A DNA stretch of 10,598 nt, taken from Pseudomonadota bacterium (lineage in GTDB: Bacteria; Bdellovibrionota_B; Oligoflexia; Oligoflexales; RGVZ01). This document shows positions 1 to 7,947 of this stretch, one piece after another (the first letter of the stretch is position 1; every line of letters starts with the position of its first letter). Below the pieces are notes generated by a model, which had not been told where the DNA came from, searched no databases, and saw only the letters and a list, made by a program, of their open reading frames with translations. Location: the NCBI GenBank assembly GCA_041178085.1, contig JBEGVZ010000035.1:1-10598 (forward strand). The letters are read 5' to 3'. Position numbers and translations under genes: made by a program.

Positions 1-1250
1 TACTTGAACTGGTTTCCGACCTTGCCTTCGGTCAAGCCAACGTCTGCTGAGACGCCATCATCACGAAGCAGGGCCACGACTTCAAAGGCGTAAGCCAGGG
101 CGTTGCGCGATGCTACGGCAACCATGACTCCCTGACCGCCTTCTGGTGCAAACGATCCCAGTTCCTCAATTCCGGCGACCAGACGATCGAGTCCCACCGA
201 GCCACCAACCCCGGGCAGTTCACGATTGGTGAAGCGTGATGCCAGATCGTTGTACCTGCCACCCGAACTCACGGATCCAAATCCAGGCAGGCGGTCCATC
301 GTTGTCTCGAACACGACCCCTGTGTAATACCCAAGGCCACGCGCAACGCTCAGGTCCACCTTGAATTTTACGCCGGACTTGGGGCCGCAACGCTCAAGGA
401 TCGAACGGATTTCGTTCACGCGTGCGATGTGGGGCTCCAGGCCTGCCATCGCCGCCGGATTTTCCGCCGCGACAAGTTTTTGCAGCGCCACAAAATCGGC
501 CTGTCCGTCGGCCGCTTTCGCAGAAATGGCGCGGACTACTATTGCAGCGGCCTCTTCCGGCCCACGAGGACCGCGGGTCGCAAGCGCACTTAACATCTTG
601 CGGACTTCGTCCTCACCCACTTTGGCAAGTTTATCAATCGCCACCAGAGCCTTGGTCTCGTCGCTTGCCGGCATGCCGGCACCGAATGCCGCAGCAAGAA
701 TCCCGGAAAGGAGCCCGCGGTGGTTGAGATGCATGGTAACGCCGCCCGCCGGCACCCGCGAAAGGACCGTAGCCAGGGCGAGCATCACCTCAACATCCGC
801 CGCGACGCTGTCCACCCCGATGATATCGAAGTCACATTGGCCAAACTCGCGGTAACGGCCCTTCTGGGTATTTTCCCCCCGCCAGACATCGCCGATCTGA
901 AGTTTCTTGAACGGGAAAACAAGGGTGCCCTGATTCTCTGCCACAAAACGGGCAAACGGCACCGTGAGGTCAAAACGCAGGGCGACCTTGCGGCCACCGT
1001 GATCCTCAAACCGGTACACCTGTTTGTCGGTTTCCTCGCCCCCTTGACCCAGCAACGTTTCCTCGTACTCAAGGGCAGGGGTGGCGATCTCATGAAAGGC
1101 CGCCGAACGGGCTACGGCACGGATTTCGCCCAAAATAAACTGCCGGAGGCGCATCGGCCCCGGCAGGTAGTCACGAAAACCCTTGAGCTTGCGCGGCTCA
1201 ATCCGGCGTGCTGACGGACTCTGGTCGGCTGGATTCTTGTCCAAGGTCAT
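1..1250 (-). CDS. hisS: Histidyl-tRNA synthetase, 3'-truncated by the window edge
   Basis: My translation from ATG at 1250: MTLDKNPADQSPSARRIEPRKLKGFRDYLP...ALRFDLTVPFARF...GDVWRGENTQKGRYREFGQCDFD (motif 2)...DLSVARGLGYYTGVVFE...SGGRYNDL...PGVGGSVGLDRL (motif 3)...KVGNQFK at the edge (anticodon-binding domain). Purine-rich AAGAGAG lies just upstream. Exact start is uncertain. Confidence 0.97.
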   Translation of the reverse strand, partial: MTLDKNPADQSPSARRIEPRKLKGFRDYLPGPMRLRQFILGEIRAVARSAAFHEIATPALEYEETLLGQGGEETDKQVYRFEDHGGRKVALRFDLTVPFARFVAENQGTLVFPFKKLQIGDVWRGENTQKGRYREFGQCDFDIIGVDSVAADVEVMLALATVLSRVPAGGVTMHLNHRGLLSGILAAAFGAGMPASDETKALVAIDKLAKVGEDEVRKMLSALATRGPRGPEEAAAIVVRAISAKAADGQADFVALQKLVAAENPAAMAGLEPHIARVNEIRSILERCGPKSGVKFKVDLSVARGLGYYTGVVFETTMDRLPGFGSVSSGGRYNDLASRFTNRELPGVGGSVGLDRLVAGIEELGSFAPEGGQGVMVAVASRNALAYAFEVVALLRDDGVSADVGLTEGKVGNQFK

Positions 1251-1500
1251 CTACTCTCTTTAGTGGCGCAACCGGGCGCGGGTCTACCGATACCGCAGAC
1301 CCGTACAGTTTTTCAATCGCCTTCGGGTCCTTCTGTACGAGGGGGCGCGGAGGAAACCAGCTGGCATTGCTGTCAAAAGCCCAAAGAGGCTGACCAGATG
1401 CCATTTTTTCGAGCAGCTGGCGGTTGTGGTCTTGCCGGCGCCTGTCGGACAGTTCCTGCAAGCTGGAGGTTTTCCATTTCTGCCCAGGGTCTTTGCTCAT
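1198..1500 (-). CDS. Small hydrophilic hypothetical protein (~100 aa)
   Basis: Track ORF 1198..1515; ATG at 1500 is preceded by GGAG with a 9-nt spacer. It fills the gap between two same-strand genes and overlaps the hisS 5' end by 53 nt. No family recognised. Confidence 0.55.
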   Translation of the reverse strand: MSKDPGQKWKTSSLQELSDRRRQDHNRQLLEKMASGQPLWAFDSNASWFPPRPLVQKDPKAIEKLYGSAVSVDPRPVAPLKRVDDLGQESSRPESVSTPD

Positions 1501-1540
1501 GGCTTGTTGCTCCAATAGGTCAACGTTGCATCTGCGGCGT

Positions 1541-1560
1541 CCGCCCGGCCGGCTGGGCGG
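1541..1560. repeat. GC-rich inverted repeat in the spacer after the lipoprotein stop codon
   Basis: CCGCCCGGC-CG-GCTGGGCGG; no adjacent U-tract, so not a canonical intrinsic terminator. Confidence 0.5.
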
Positions 1561-1566
1561 CGGACC

Positions 1567-3309
1567 TTATATGATCGCCCGCCAACCCCACAAGAAATAA
1601 CGCACCGAAACCGACCAGTTGTCATAGGTCAGCGGGAAGGCCGACTTTGCCACCCGGCACGACTCAAACGTGCTATTCCGGACGGCACCTGCGCCGGCCA
1701 CATCAATGGCGGACCTGGTCATGCCACTCGCCTGATCCAGCAAGCTCGCCAGTGTCATCCCACAACCAGCTGGTGCAAAAGGCGTCCCAACCAGGGCATA
1801 TGCCGCGTAGTCCGCCTGGCTGCCCGTCAGCTCAGTCCGGCTTCGATCCCGCTTGAAAGCCTCCCACGAAAAGTAGCGCGGCAGTGACGTTGTCCCGGCC
1901 GCCTTGCTTTGGGAGTGGAAGTAATCACGCGGACCTGCCACGACAAATTCAACCCGCGCCCCCCCGTTCACAAGGGAAACCAGGCCAGCCCAGCGGGCCA
2001 TGAACTTGCCCTCGAGTTCGGCTTCGATAACTTCATGGAGCCCATGTGTCCAAACGCGTTCGACGTGCATCGCCTTGAAACCGGCAATCGATTCCCGGTT
2101 GACTGAGAAACTGGCCAGGTACGCCCCGCCCGTGAACGCTTCATCGAAGTCGTAATCAAAGAGCAGCCCCTCGGCTGCCGAGGAGTACCAGTTGTATTTT
2201 TGCTTCTGCGCGGTGGAAGCTCCGACGGCAAGGGATGCCGTCAAGTCTGCCACGGTCTTCTGGCGCGATCCGTCATCCAGCCGGAAACCATAGGCCCCCG
2301 AGGTGACGAAATAGGTCATGCGTGCGCCCGTTGCGTCGCGCCCTTCTACTTTCGCGACCCAGTAGTTCCGGGAGTTTGGCAAGTCGAAGCTCTTCCGGTC
2401 CTGGCAGGTCTGGCGGGCACCATCGTAATTGAGGCATTCCCCGGGCCCGGCCTGGCCGTCGCCGGTGCCCGGCCCTTCGACCACGACCGGGAACAAGTCG
2501 AAATTCCGCGGGAAGCGCAGCACCTCTGCGCGGCGCGGCGCGGAGAAATTCACAATGTTGCTGTCCAGGTCACCTTCAAACACAGCAATGTTATCTTGGA
2601 GGACCGTCAGACGGTCGCAGCTGGTGCCCATTGCCTGGCCGACTTCGATATTGAACTGGAACGTGCCGACGCTGGCGGCGCCACCCTGCCGGTACACGTC
2701 CGTCGCATACGATCCGGAAAGACACTGAAGGGACGCTGTCATGCGCGCCGGGTCTGGCAAAGCCGGGGCGCTATTGCCCGTGTTCGGCGCTGGCTGGCCG
2801 GGGCGTGACTCGTTAGGGCGGAATGTGACATCGACGAGGGCGGCAAAGGTGTCGCCTCCCACCTTGGCGTAGAGCTTGTAAAGCGTAAGCACGAGCTTGC
2901 GATCTTTGATCCGGCCCTTGTTCGATCCGTAAAGCAGTCCCTGAGCCTGTTCTGCCGGCTTCGACAACCACTTGAAAGACCCCAGGGCTTCGGCAGGAAT
3001 GTCAGCGCGAACTTCAAGCGCACACACGTCACCGTCCACCAGGCTGTCCCCGGGAAAAGTGACACGATTGTTGGTGGCAGCCTTGCCCGGAACGGTGTTT
3101 CCCCGGTCGCAGATCAATTTGTAAGTGACTCCCGGCAAATCAAGATCCGATGGATCGACGCCGTCCAGGGAAGCAAGAATCCCGCGCGGAGCAAGGCCGC
3201 GGGATGTTGTGCGGCATCCTCCTGCCAGGATCAGTGATGCAGCAAGCACTTGTAGCGCAACTGGCCGGGTCACCGCTGAAAAGCTTTTTGAGGTGGCACA
3301 AAGGTCCAT
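1567..3309 (-). CDS. Predicted lipoprotein of unknown function (~580 aa), beta-rich, with internal repeats
   Basis: Long ORF. ATG at 3309 follows a GGGGAA SD-like motif. Hydrophobic stretch VALQVLAASLILAGG-C forms a lipobox-like site, with 8 further Cys. No family recognised. Confidence 0.8.
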   Translation of the reverse strand: MDLCATSKSFSAVTRPVALQVLAASLILAGGCRTTSRGLAPRGILASLDGVDPSDLDLPGVTYKLICDRGNTVPGKAATNNRVTFPGDSLVDGDVCALEVRADIPAEALGSFKWLSKPAEQAQGLLYGSNKGRIKDRKLVLTLYKLYAKVGGDTFAALVDVTFRPNESRPGQPAPNTGNSAPALPDPARMTASLQCLSGSYATDVYRQGGAASVGTFQFNIEVGQAMGTSCDRLTVLQDNIAVFEGDLDSNIVNFSAPRRAEVLRFPRNFDLFPVVVEGPGTGDGQAGPGECLNYDGARQTCQDRKSFDLPNSRNYWVAKVEGRDATGARMTYFVTSGAYGFRLDDGSRQKTVADLTASLAVGASTAQKQKYNWYSSAAEGLLFDYDFDEAFTGGAYLASFSVNRESIAGFKAMHVERVWTHGLHEVIEAELEGKFMARWAGLVSLVNGGARVEFVVAGPRDYFHSQSKAAGTTSLPRYFSWEAFKRDRSRTELTGSQADYAAYALVGTPFAPAGCGMTLASLLDQASGMTRSAIDVAGAGAVRNSTFESCRVAKSAFPLTYDNWSVSVRYFLWGWRAII

Positions 3310-3340
3310 GCATATTCCCCGGATTTCAGGTCTTTTCCCT

Positions 3341-3390
3341 ATTGTCGCCGGAGCCACGGGTTTTGACAATTCCTGTCAAAGGGTTATTCT
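3341..3390. promoter_or_regulatory. Overlapping divergent sigma70-like promoters with a palindromic operator-like site
   Basis: Plus strand: TTGACA (3363-3368)-N16-TATTCT (3385-3390). Minus strand: TTGTCA (3369-3364)-N17-GACAAT (3346-3341). Perfect inverted repeat TTTGACA-ATTCC-TGTCAAA at 3362-3380. Confidence 0.6.
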
Positions 3391-3397
3391 GACCCCC

Positions 3398-4516
3398 GTG
3401 ACAGAACAGCTGAATGACAAGACCATTGCCCTGAGGGTTCTGCACCTGGCGTCGGAAAAAACCTGGCGCGGGGGCGAGAATCAGATCCGCCTGCTCATGG
3501 AAGGCATGGCGGCCCGCGGACACGAGCCATTTCTGGCGGCCGACGAGGGCAGCGAGATTCTGCGCCGCCTGGGCGGAAAATTCCCGGTGATTAAGGCCCC
3601 GATGTCCCGTCTGGCCTGGCCACGCACAGTCTGGCAACTCCACCGTTTTTGCCGCGCCAACCGCATCAAGATCATCGATGCCCATAGTTCGAAAGCCCAT
3701 GACCTTGGCCTGGGACTGGTCGCACTGGACCCATCGCGACGGCTGATTGTGCACCGCCGCGTGGACTACCCGGTCCGTGGCACCAAATACCAGTCCCCGA
3801 AGGTGGCGCGGTATGTGGCGATCTCGCACGCAATCGCCGGGGTCCTGGCTGCCGGAGGCGTCGCGCCATCGCGCATCGACGTCGTTCGCAGCGCTGTCGA
3901 GACGGCCCCGCACCGCACAGTGGACCGGGTCACTGCGCGGGACAACTTGCGCCAACTTCTTGGTTTGCCCCAGTCGACGATTTTGTTTGGAAACGCTTCT
4001 GCTTTAAGCGAGCAGAAAGGTTATGGTTACTTGATGGAAGCTTCCGCCATCCTCAAGTCCCGCGGCCTGGATTTCCACGTTGTTATCGCTGGCGACGGCC
4101 CACTGCGCAATGAACTTGAGCAGCTCCGTATCAAGCTTGAGCTTGATAACCACGTTAGTTTCCTTGGTTTCATCACTGAGGTTCCCGAATTCCTTGCCGG
4201 GTTGGATGTCTTTGCCATGACGTCAATTGACGAGGGTCTTGGTACGGCTGCACTGGATGCGGCTTTGGCTGGCATCTGCCCCCTGGTCTCCAATGTCGGC
4301 GGCCTGCCGGAAATCGTCACAGACGGCAAGACAGGACTGGTTGTTCCCGCAAAAGATCCCCAGGCCATTGCGGAGGCCATGACGCGACTTGCAGGGGACC
4401 AAGCCTTGCGCACAAGGCTTGCGTCGGCCGCCCAGTCCTTCGTCGCCAGTAATTTCTCTGTCGATGCCATGGTCGAAGGCAATCTCAAGGTTTACAGCGA
4501 TCTTGACCTCACCTAG
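3398..4516 (+). CDS. GT4-family (GT-B fold, retaining) glycosyltransferase, ~372 aa
   Basis: Motifs LRVLHLASEKTWRGGENQI, IIDAHSSKAH, HRRVDY, VAISHAI, LSEQKGY, IAGDGPLR, TSIDEGLGTAALDA (E-x7-D variant), SNVGGLPEIV. The track start at 3125 overlaps the divergent gene; in-frame GTG at 3398 lies just ahead of the first beta-strand. Confidence 0.93.
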   Translation: MTEQLNDKTIALRVLHLASEKTWRGGENQIRLLMEGMAARGHEPFLAADEGSEILRRLGGKFPVIKAPMSRLAWPRTVWQLHRFCRANRIKIIDAHSSKAHDLGLGLVALDPSRRLIVHRRVDYPVRGTKYQSPKVARYVAISHAIAGVLAAGGVAPSRIDVVRSAVETAPHRTVDRVTARDNLRQLLGLPQSTILFGNASALSEQKGYGYLMEASAILKSRGLDFHVVIAGDGPLRNELEQLRIKLELDNHVSFLGFITEVPEFLAGLDVFAMTSIDEGLGTAALDAALAGICPLVSNVGGLPEIVTDGKTGLVVPAKDPQAIAEAMTRLAGDQALRTRLASAAQSFVASNFSVDAMVEGNLKVYSDLDLT

Positions 4517-4718
4517 GAAAGCCCCCCAATCGATGTGCATGGGTCGCTGAGATTTAAAAGGATTTTCAAGAAATCTGCCCTGCAATTGGCGTTAAACCAC
4601 CATTCAATATCCCTAAAAATGACATTTCGTCATGAATTCCGGTTCGTTGTGAACCATCCAATGCCACCGGATGAGGGCTGTCGATAAAGCGGCCTTTCCT
4701 GCCACCGATACCTCCTTC

Positions 4719-5639
4719 ATGACAACCACAAGAAAATCTCGGAAAAAACCCGACTTGGCCGCAGACCGTCACGTGCTGACCATCATCGGCGCCGGGAACA
4801 TGGGGCAAGCACTGGTCCGCGGACTCGTCAAGGCGCCTGCCGAGGGACTGCATTTTGATGAAATTCTTTTGTTCGACACCCATCCGGACAAATGCAACCA
4901 GATCCTTGTCGAATTGACGGCGCTCGGACAAAGCGAAGACCCGGTCCAAGCCACACTCACAGCATTGGGGTCGATCGAGGATTTGCAGCATGCCTTGCCG
5001 CGCACCACGGTCATTGCACTTTGCACAAAGCCACAAGATCTCGTCACGGTTGCGGAAAATTGCCGCGGAAAAATCAAGCGCGACACCATGCTCATATCCG
5101 TTGCGGCCGGTGTTTCCCTGGAACAACTCGCGAGCATGTTTAAACACCGGGGGCCGATCGTGAGGGCCATGCCCAACATCGCGGCTAAAGTTGGCGCTGC
5201 GGCCACCGGCATGGCTGCCAACCGCGAATGCAATCCGGCCGATATGGATGTGGCGACAAAAATCTTCTCTGCGATCGGTGAAGCTTTGTGGATTCGTGAG
5301 GACTTGCTCAACGCAGTGACAGGCCTTTCAGGAAGTGGTCCCGCGTATATCTTCATGGTGATCGAAGCGCTAACCGAAGGTGGCGTAAAAATGGGACTTC
5401 CGCGGGATGTCGCCAGGCTCCTTTCCACCCAAACCGTTTTTGGCTCTGCGGCGCTGCTGAAATCCACTGGCCAGCATCCAGCCACCCTGCGGGAGCAAGT
5501 GACCACCCCGGGTGGCACGACGATCAGCGCCATCCATGAACTGGAAGAACGTGGCCTGCGCGCCATGCTGATGAGCGCTGTGGCCACGGCGACCAGACGT
5601 TCGGCGGAGCTGGAGTCGACTGCCAAGACCAAAAATTAG
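4719..5639 (+). CDS. proC: Pyrroline-5-carboxylate reductase
   Basis: IIGAGNMGQAL (Rossmann fold), TKPQ, ISVAAGV, RAMPN, TGLSGSGPAY, VTTPGGTT. Start at 4719 or 4671 is uncertain. Confidence 0.97.
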   Translation: MTTTRKSRKKPDLAADRHVLTIIGAGNMGQALVRGLVKAPAEGLHFDEILLFDTHPDKCNQILVELTALGQSEDPVQATLTALGSIEDLQHALPRTTVIALCTKPQDLVTVAENCRGKIKRDTMLISVAAGVSLEQLASMFKHRGPIVRAMPNIAAKVGAAATGMAANRECNPADMDVATKIFSAIGEALWIREDLLNAVTGLSGSGPAYIFMVIEALTEGGVKMGLPRDVARLLSTQTVFGSAALLKSTGQHPATLREQVTTPGGTTISAIHELEERGLRAMLMSAVATATRRSAELESTAKTKN

Positions 5640-5809
5640 CCACCAAATCAATGGTTTGGGTGCAAAATCCCTTGCAGATGTCCAGTTCTACGACACCCCT
5701 TCCTGGGAAATACCCTCGAAATTACAGCCTAAATTCATTAAGGACATTGGCCTGGGAATTGCTCAGTTCCCATCCGTGTCCATCCGTTACCCTCAGGAGA
5801 AGCATGCTC

Positions 5810-6490
5810 ATGAAGCTTAAACCACTCAAAAGCCTGATCATCTTGATGGGATTCGTCTCTCTGGCTGGTTGCGGTTTTCAAACATCCGCGAACCACGCTG
5901 ACACCAAGGGGGCACCGGGCCAGGACGTGGTCACCGCGCGGCTGCAAAAGATGTTTCAATCTGCAAGGCCGATCGCATCGGAGGACGACCCAGCCTTTCA
6001 GCCAGACAGTCAATGGTGCGCATACTACCGCGGCGCCACAACCCCCATGCGGGGTGAGGACGAGGTCTACAAGTACTGGTCAACTTTCAAGAAGTCCGAA
6101 ATTCCCGGGATAACCGTTGAGAAGCGTTTTGAGACCGGCTTGGGTACCCTGTATTCCAAGGCGTCTTATGACACCGCTGACGGAGAAACCACGGGCAAGT
6201 CAAATTCAGCCCCGGTTGACGTCGTGAGCATGGACAACAAGTGGATCTCGTGTGGTGCGCACAGGAACTACACTTCACGCCTGCGCGCAGTCGACGACAC
6301 CCATTTGATCCTTGAAACCTTGGAGTCCTGGAAAGTCTATGGTTGCAATCAGAACTTTGACGAGGAAACCACCAATGCTGCAGCCAGACAGATCCTGAGC
6401 GCTGAGGATTCTCCGGACGTGCCTGGCTACTTTATCAAGAGCTACAGCTACTACATGCTCAAGACCGACAGCAACCCTACGTGCAAATAA
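5810..6490 (+). CDS. Predicted lipoprotein of unknown function (~226 aa)
   Basis: AGGAGA at 5795-5800 precedes in-frame ATGs at 5804 and 5810. MKLKPLKSLIILMGFVSLAG-C is a textbook signal peptide II (LAGC). Four mature Cys; followed directly by a terminator. Confidence 0.85.
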   Translation: MKLKPLKSLIILMGFVSLAGCGFQTSANHADTKGAPGQDVVTARLQKMFQSARPIASEDDPAFQPDSQWCAYYRGATTPMRGEDEVYKYWSTFKKSEIPGITVEKRFETGLGTLYSKASYDTADGETTGKSNSAPVDVVSMDNKWISCGAHRNYTSRLRAVDDTHLILETLESWKVYGCNQNFDEETTNAAARQILSAEDSPDVPGYFIKSYSYYMLKTDSNPTCK

Positions 6491-6491
6491 C

Positions 6492-6519
6492 AAAAAGCCC
6501 CTCTTTCGAGGGGCTTTTT
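6492..6519. terminator. Bidirectional intrinsic terminator
   Basis: AAAAAGCCCCTC-TTTC-GAGGGGCTTTTT, a perfect inverted repeat with A/T tracts on both sides, between the convergent lipoprotein gene and ahcY. Confidence 0.93.
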
Positions 6520-6543
6520 ACTTTTAAGTAATCGCTCAACGAA

Positions 6544-7854
6544 TCAGTAGCGGTAGTGATCCGGTTTGTAGGGGCCATCGACCTTGAGACCCAGGTAATC
6601 CGCCTGCTCCTTGGAAAGCTTGGTCAACTTGACGCCAAGCTTGTCCAGGTGAAGGCGCGCCACTTTCTCGTCCAGGGACTTGGGCAACACATGCACGCCG
6701 AGCGGATATTTCTCTGTCTCGGTCCAGAGAGCAATCTGCGCGATCGTCTGGTTGGTGAAAGAGGTCGACATCACAAAGCTCGGGTGACCAGTTGCGCAGC
6801 CCAGGTTCACCAAGCGTCCACGAGCCAGGACGATCAGAGAGCGACCGTTTGGCAGCACGAATTTGTCGACTTGCGGCTTGATGTTGATTTCCTTCACACC
6901 AGGAGCCTTCTCGAGCCATGCGATTTTGATCTCGCTATCGAAGTGGCCGATGTTGCAGAGAATCGCGTCATCTTTCATTTGAACGAAGTGCTTCTCGGTG
7001 ATCACGTCCATGCAGCCCGTCGCGGTGACGAAGATGTCGCCAACCGGAGCCGCCGCTTCCATTGTCGTCACTTCGAAACCTTCCATCGCAGCCTGAAGGG
7101 CACAGATGGGGTCGATTTCGGTGATCAGGACGCGCGCGCCGAGGCTGCGCATGCTGTGTGCCGAGCCCTTGCCGACATCGCCGTAACCGGCAACGACAAC
7201 AACCTTGCCTGCCACCATCACGTCCGTCGCGCGCTTGATGCCATCTGCGAGCGATTCGCGGCAGCCGTAGAGGTTATCGAATTTGGACTTCGTCACGGCG
7301 TCGTTGACGTTGATCGCGGGGACTTTCAGCTTGCCTTCCTGGTGCATCTGGACCAGGCGGTGAACGCCTGTCGTGGTCTCTTCCGAGATACCCTTGATGC
7401 CTTTCAGCAGGTCCGGGCGCTTGTTGTGCACGTAGAGGGTCAAGTCGCCGCCATCGTCGAGGATCATGTTGAGCGGCTTGTCACCGAACATGACGGTTTG
7501 CTCGATGCACCACTCGTATTCTTCCTCGGTCTCACCTTTCCAGGCAAAAACCGGCACGCCAGCAGCAGCAATCGCGGCGGCGGCGTGATCTTGCGTCGAG
7601 TAGATGTTGCAGCTTGACCAGCGAACTTCGGCGCCCAGCTCAGTCAGGGTCTCGATCAGTACGGCGGTCTGGATGGTCATGTGCAGGCAGCCGGCAATGC
7701 GGGCGCCTTTCAGCGGTTTTTTGGGGCCGTACTCTGCACGCAGTGCCATGAGTCCCGGCATCTCTTTTTCCGCCATCTGGATTTCCTTGCGACCCCAGTC
7801 CGCAAGGCTGATGTCTTTCACCTTGTAATCTTGCTTGCCTGTCTTGGCGCCCAT
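6544..7854 (-). CDS. ahcY: S-adenosylhomocysteine hydrolase (adenosylhomocysteinase), 436 aa
   Basis: [89 protein letters not shown]-terminal KPDHYRY. ATG at 7854 follows a GGAGA SD; the track's 99-aa N-terminal extension is unlikely to be real. Confidence 0.99.
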   Translation of the reverse strand: MGAKTGKQDYKVKDISLADWGRKEIQMAEKEMPGLMALRAEYGPKKPLKGARIAGCLHMTIQTAVLIETLTELGAEVRWSSCNIYSTQDHAAAAIAAAGVPVFAWKGETEEEYEWCIEQTVMFGDKPLNMILDDGGDLTLYVHNKRPDLLKGIKGISEETTTGVHRLVQMHQEGKLKVPAINVNDAVTKSKFDNLYGCRESLADGIKRATDVMVAGKVVVVAGYGDVGKGSAHSMRSLGARVLITEIDPICALQAAMEGFEVTTMEAAAPVGDIFVTATGCMDVITEKHFVQMKDDAILCNIGHFDSEIKIAWLEKAPGVKEINIKPQVDKFVLPNGRSLIVLARGRLVNLGCATGHPSFVMSTSFTNQTIAQIALWTETEKYPLGVHVLPKSLDEKVARLHLDKLGVKLTKLSKEQADYLGLKVDGPYKPDHYRY

Positions 7855-7926
7855 GTGATCTCCGTGACCGTTATGGCTGCTGGTGCGTTCTTCCTTCAAC
7901 ATCCCGGGGGACTCCTCGTCATGAAC

Positions 7927-7947
7927 CCGGCGGCTCCACGCCACCGG
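7927..7947 (-). promoter_or_regulatory. GC-rich hairpin upstream of ahcY
   Basis: Minus-strand RNA CCGGUGGC-GUGGA-GCCGCCGG: 8-bp stem with one G-U pair, about 70-95 nt upstream of the ATG. Confidence 0.5.

Noticed and set aside
361..1574. Plus-strand ORFs 361..855, 422..727, 720..1214, 1208..1393, 1263..1574 and minus ORF 785..1093
   Set aside because: Shadow frames of hisS and the upstream ORF; no recognisable motifs.
1647..3392. ORFs nested in or antisense to the large lipoprotein gene (e.g. 2200..2808 +)
   Set aside because: Typical high-GC antisense or alternate-frame artefacts.
3125..3397. N-terminal 91-aa extension of the GT4 ORF
   Set aside because: Overlaps the divergent gene and promoter; GT homology begins only at LRVLHL.
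3326..5651. Minus-strand ORFs opposite GT4 and proC (3326..3955, 4027..4488, 4223..4585, 4566..5147, 4769..5632, 5370..5651)
   Set aside because: Antisense shadows of well-supported genes.
5651..5760. Possible c-di-GMP-I riboswitch (GCAAA, GAAA, GCCTAAA fragments) upstream of the lipoprotein
   Set aside because: The fragments are not in the order or pairing context of the two-stem aptamer; an Infernal scan would settle it.
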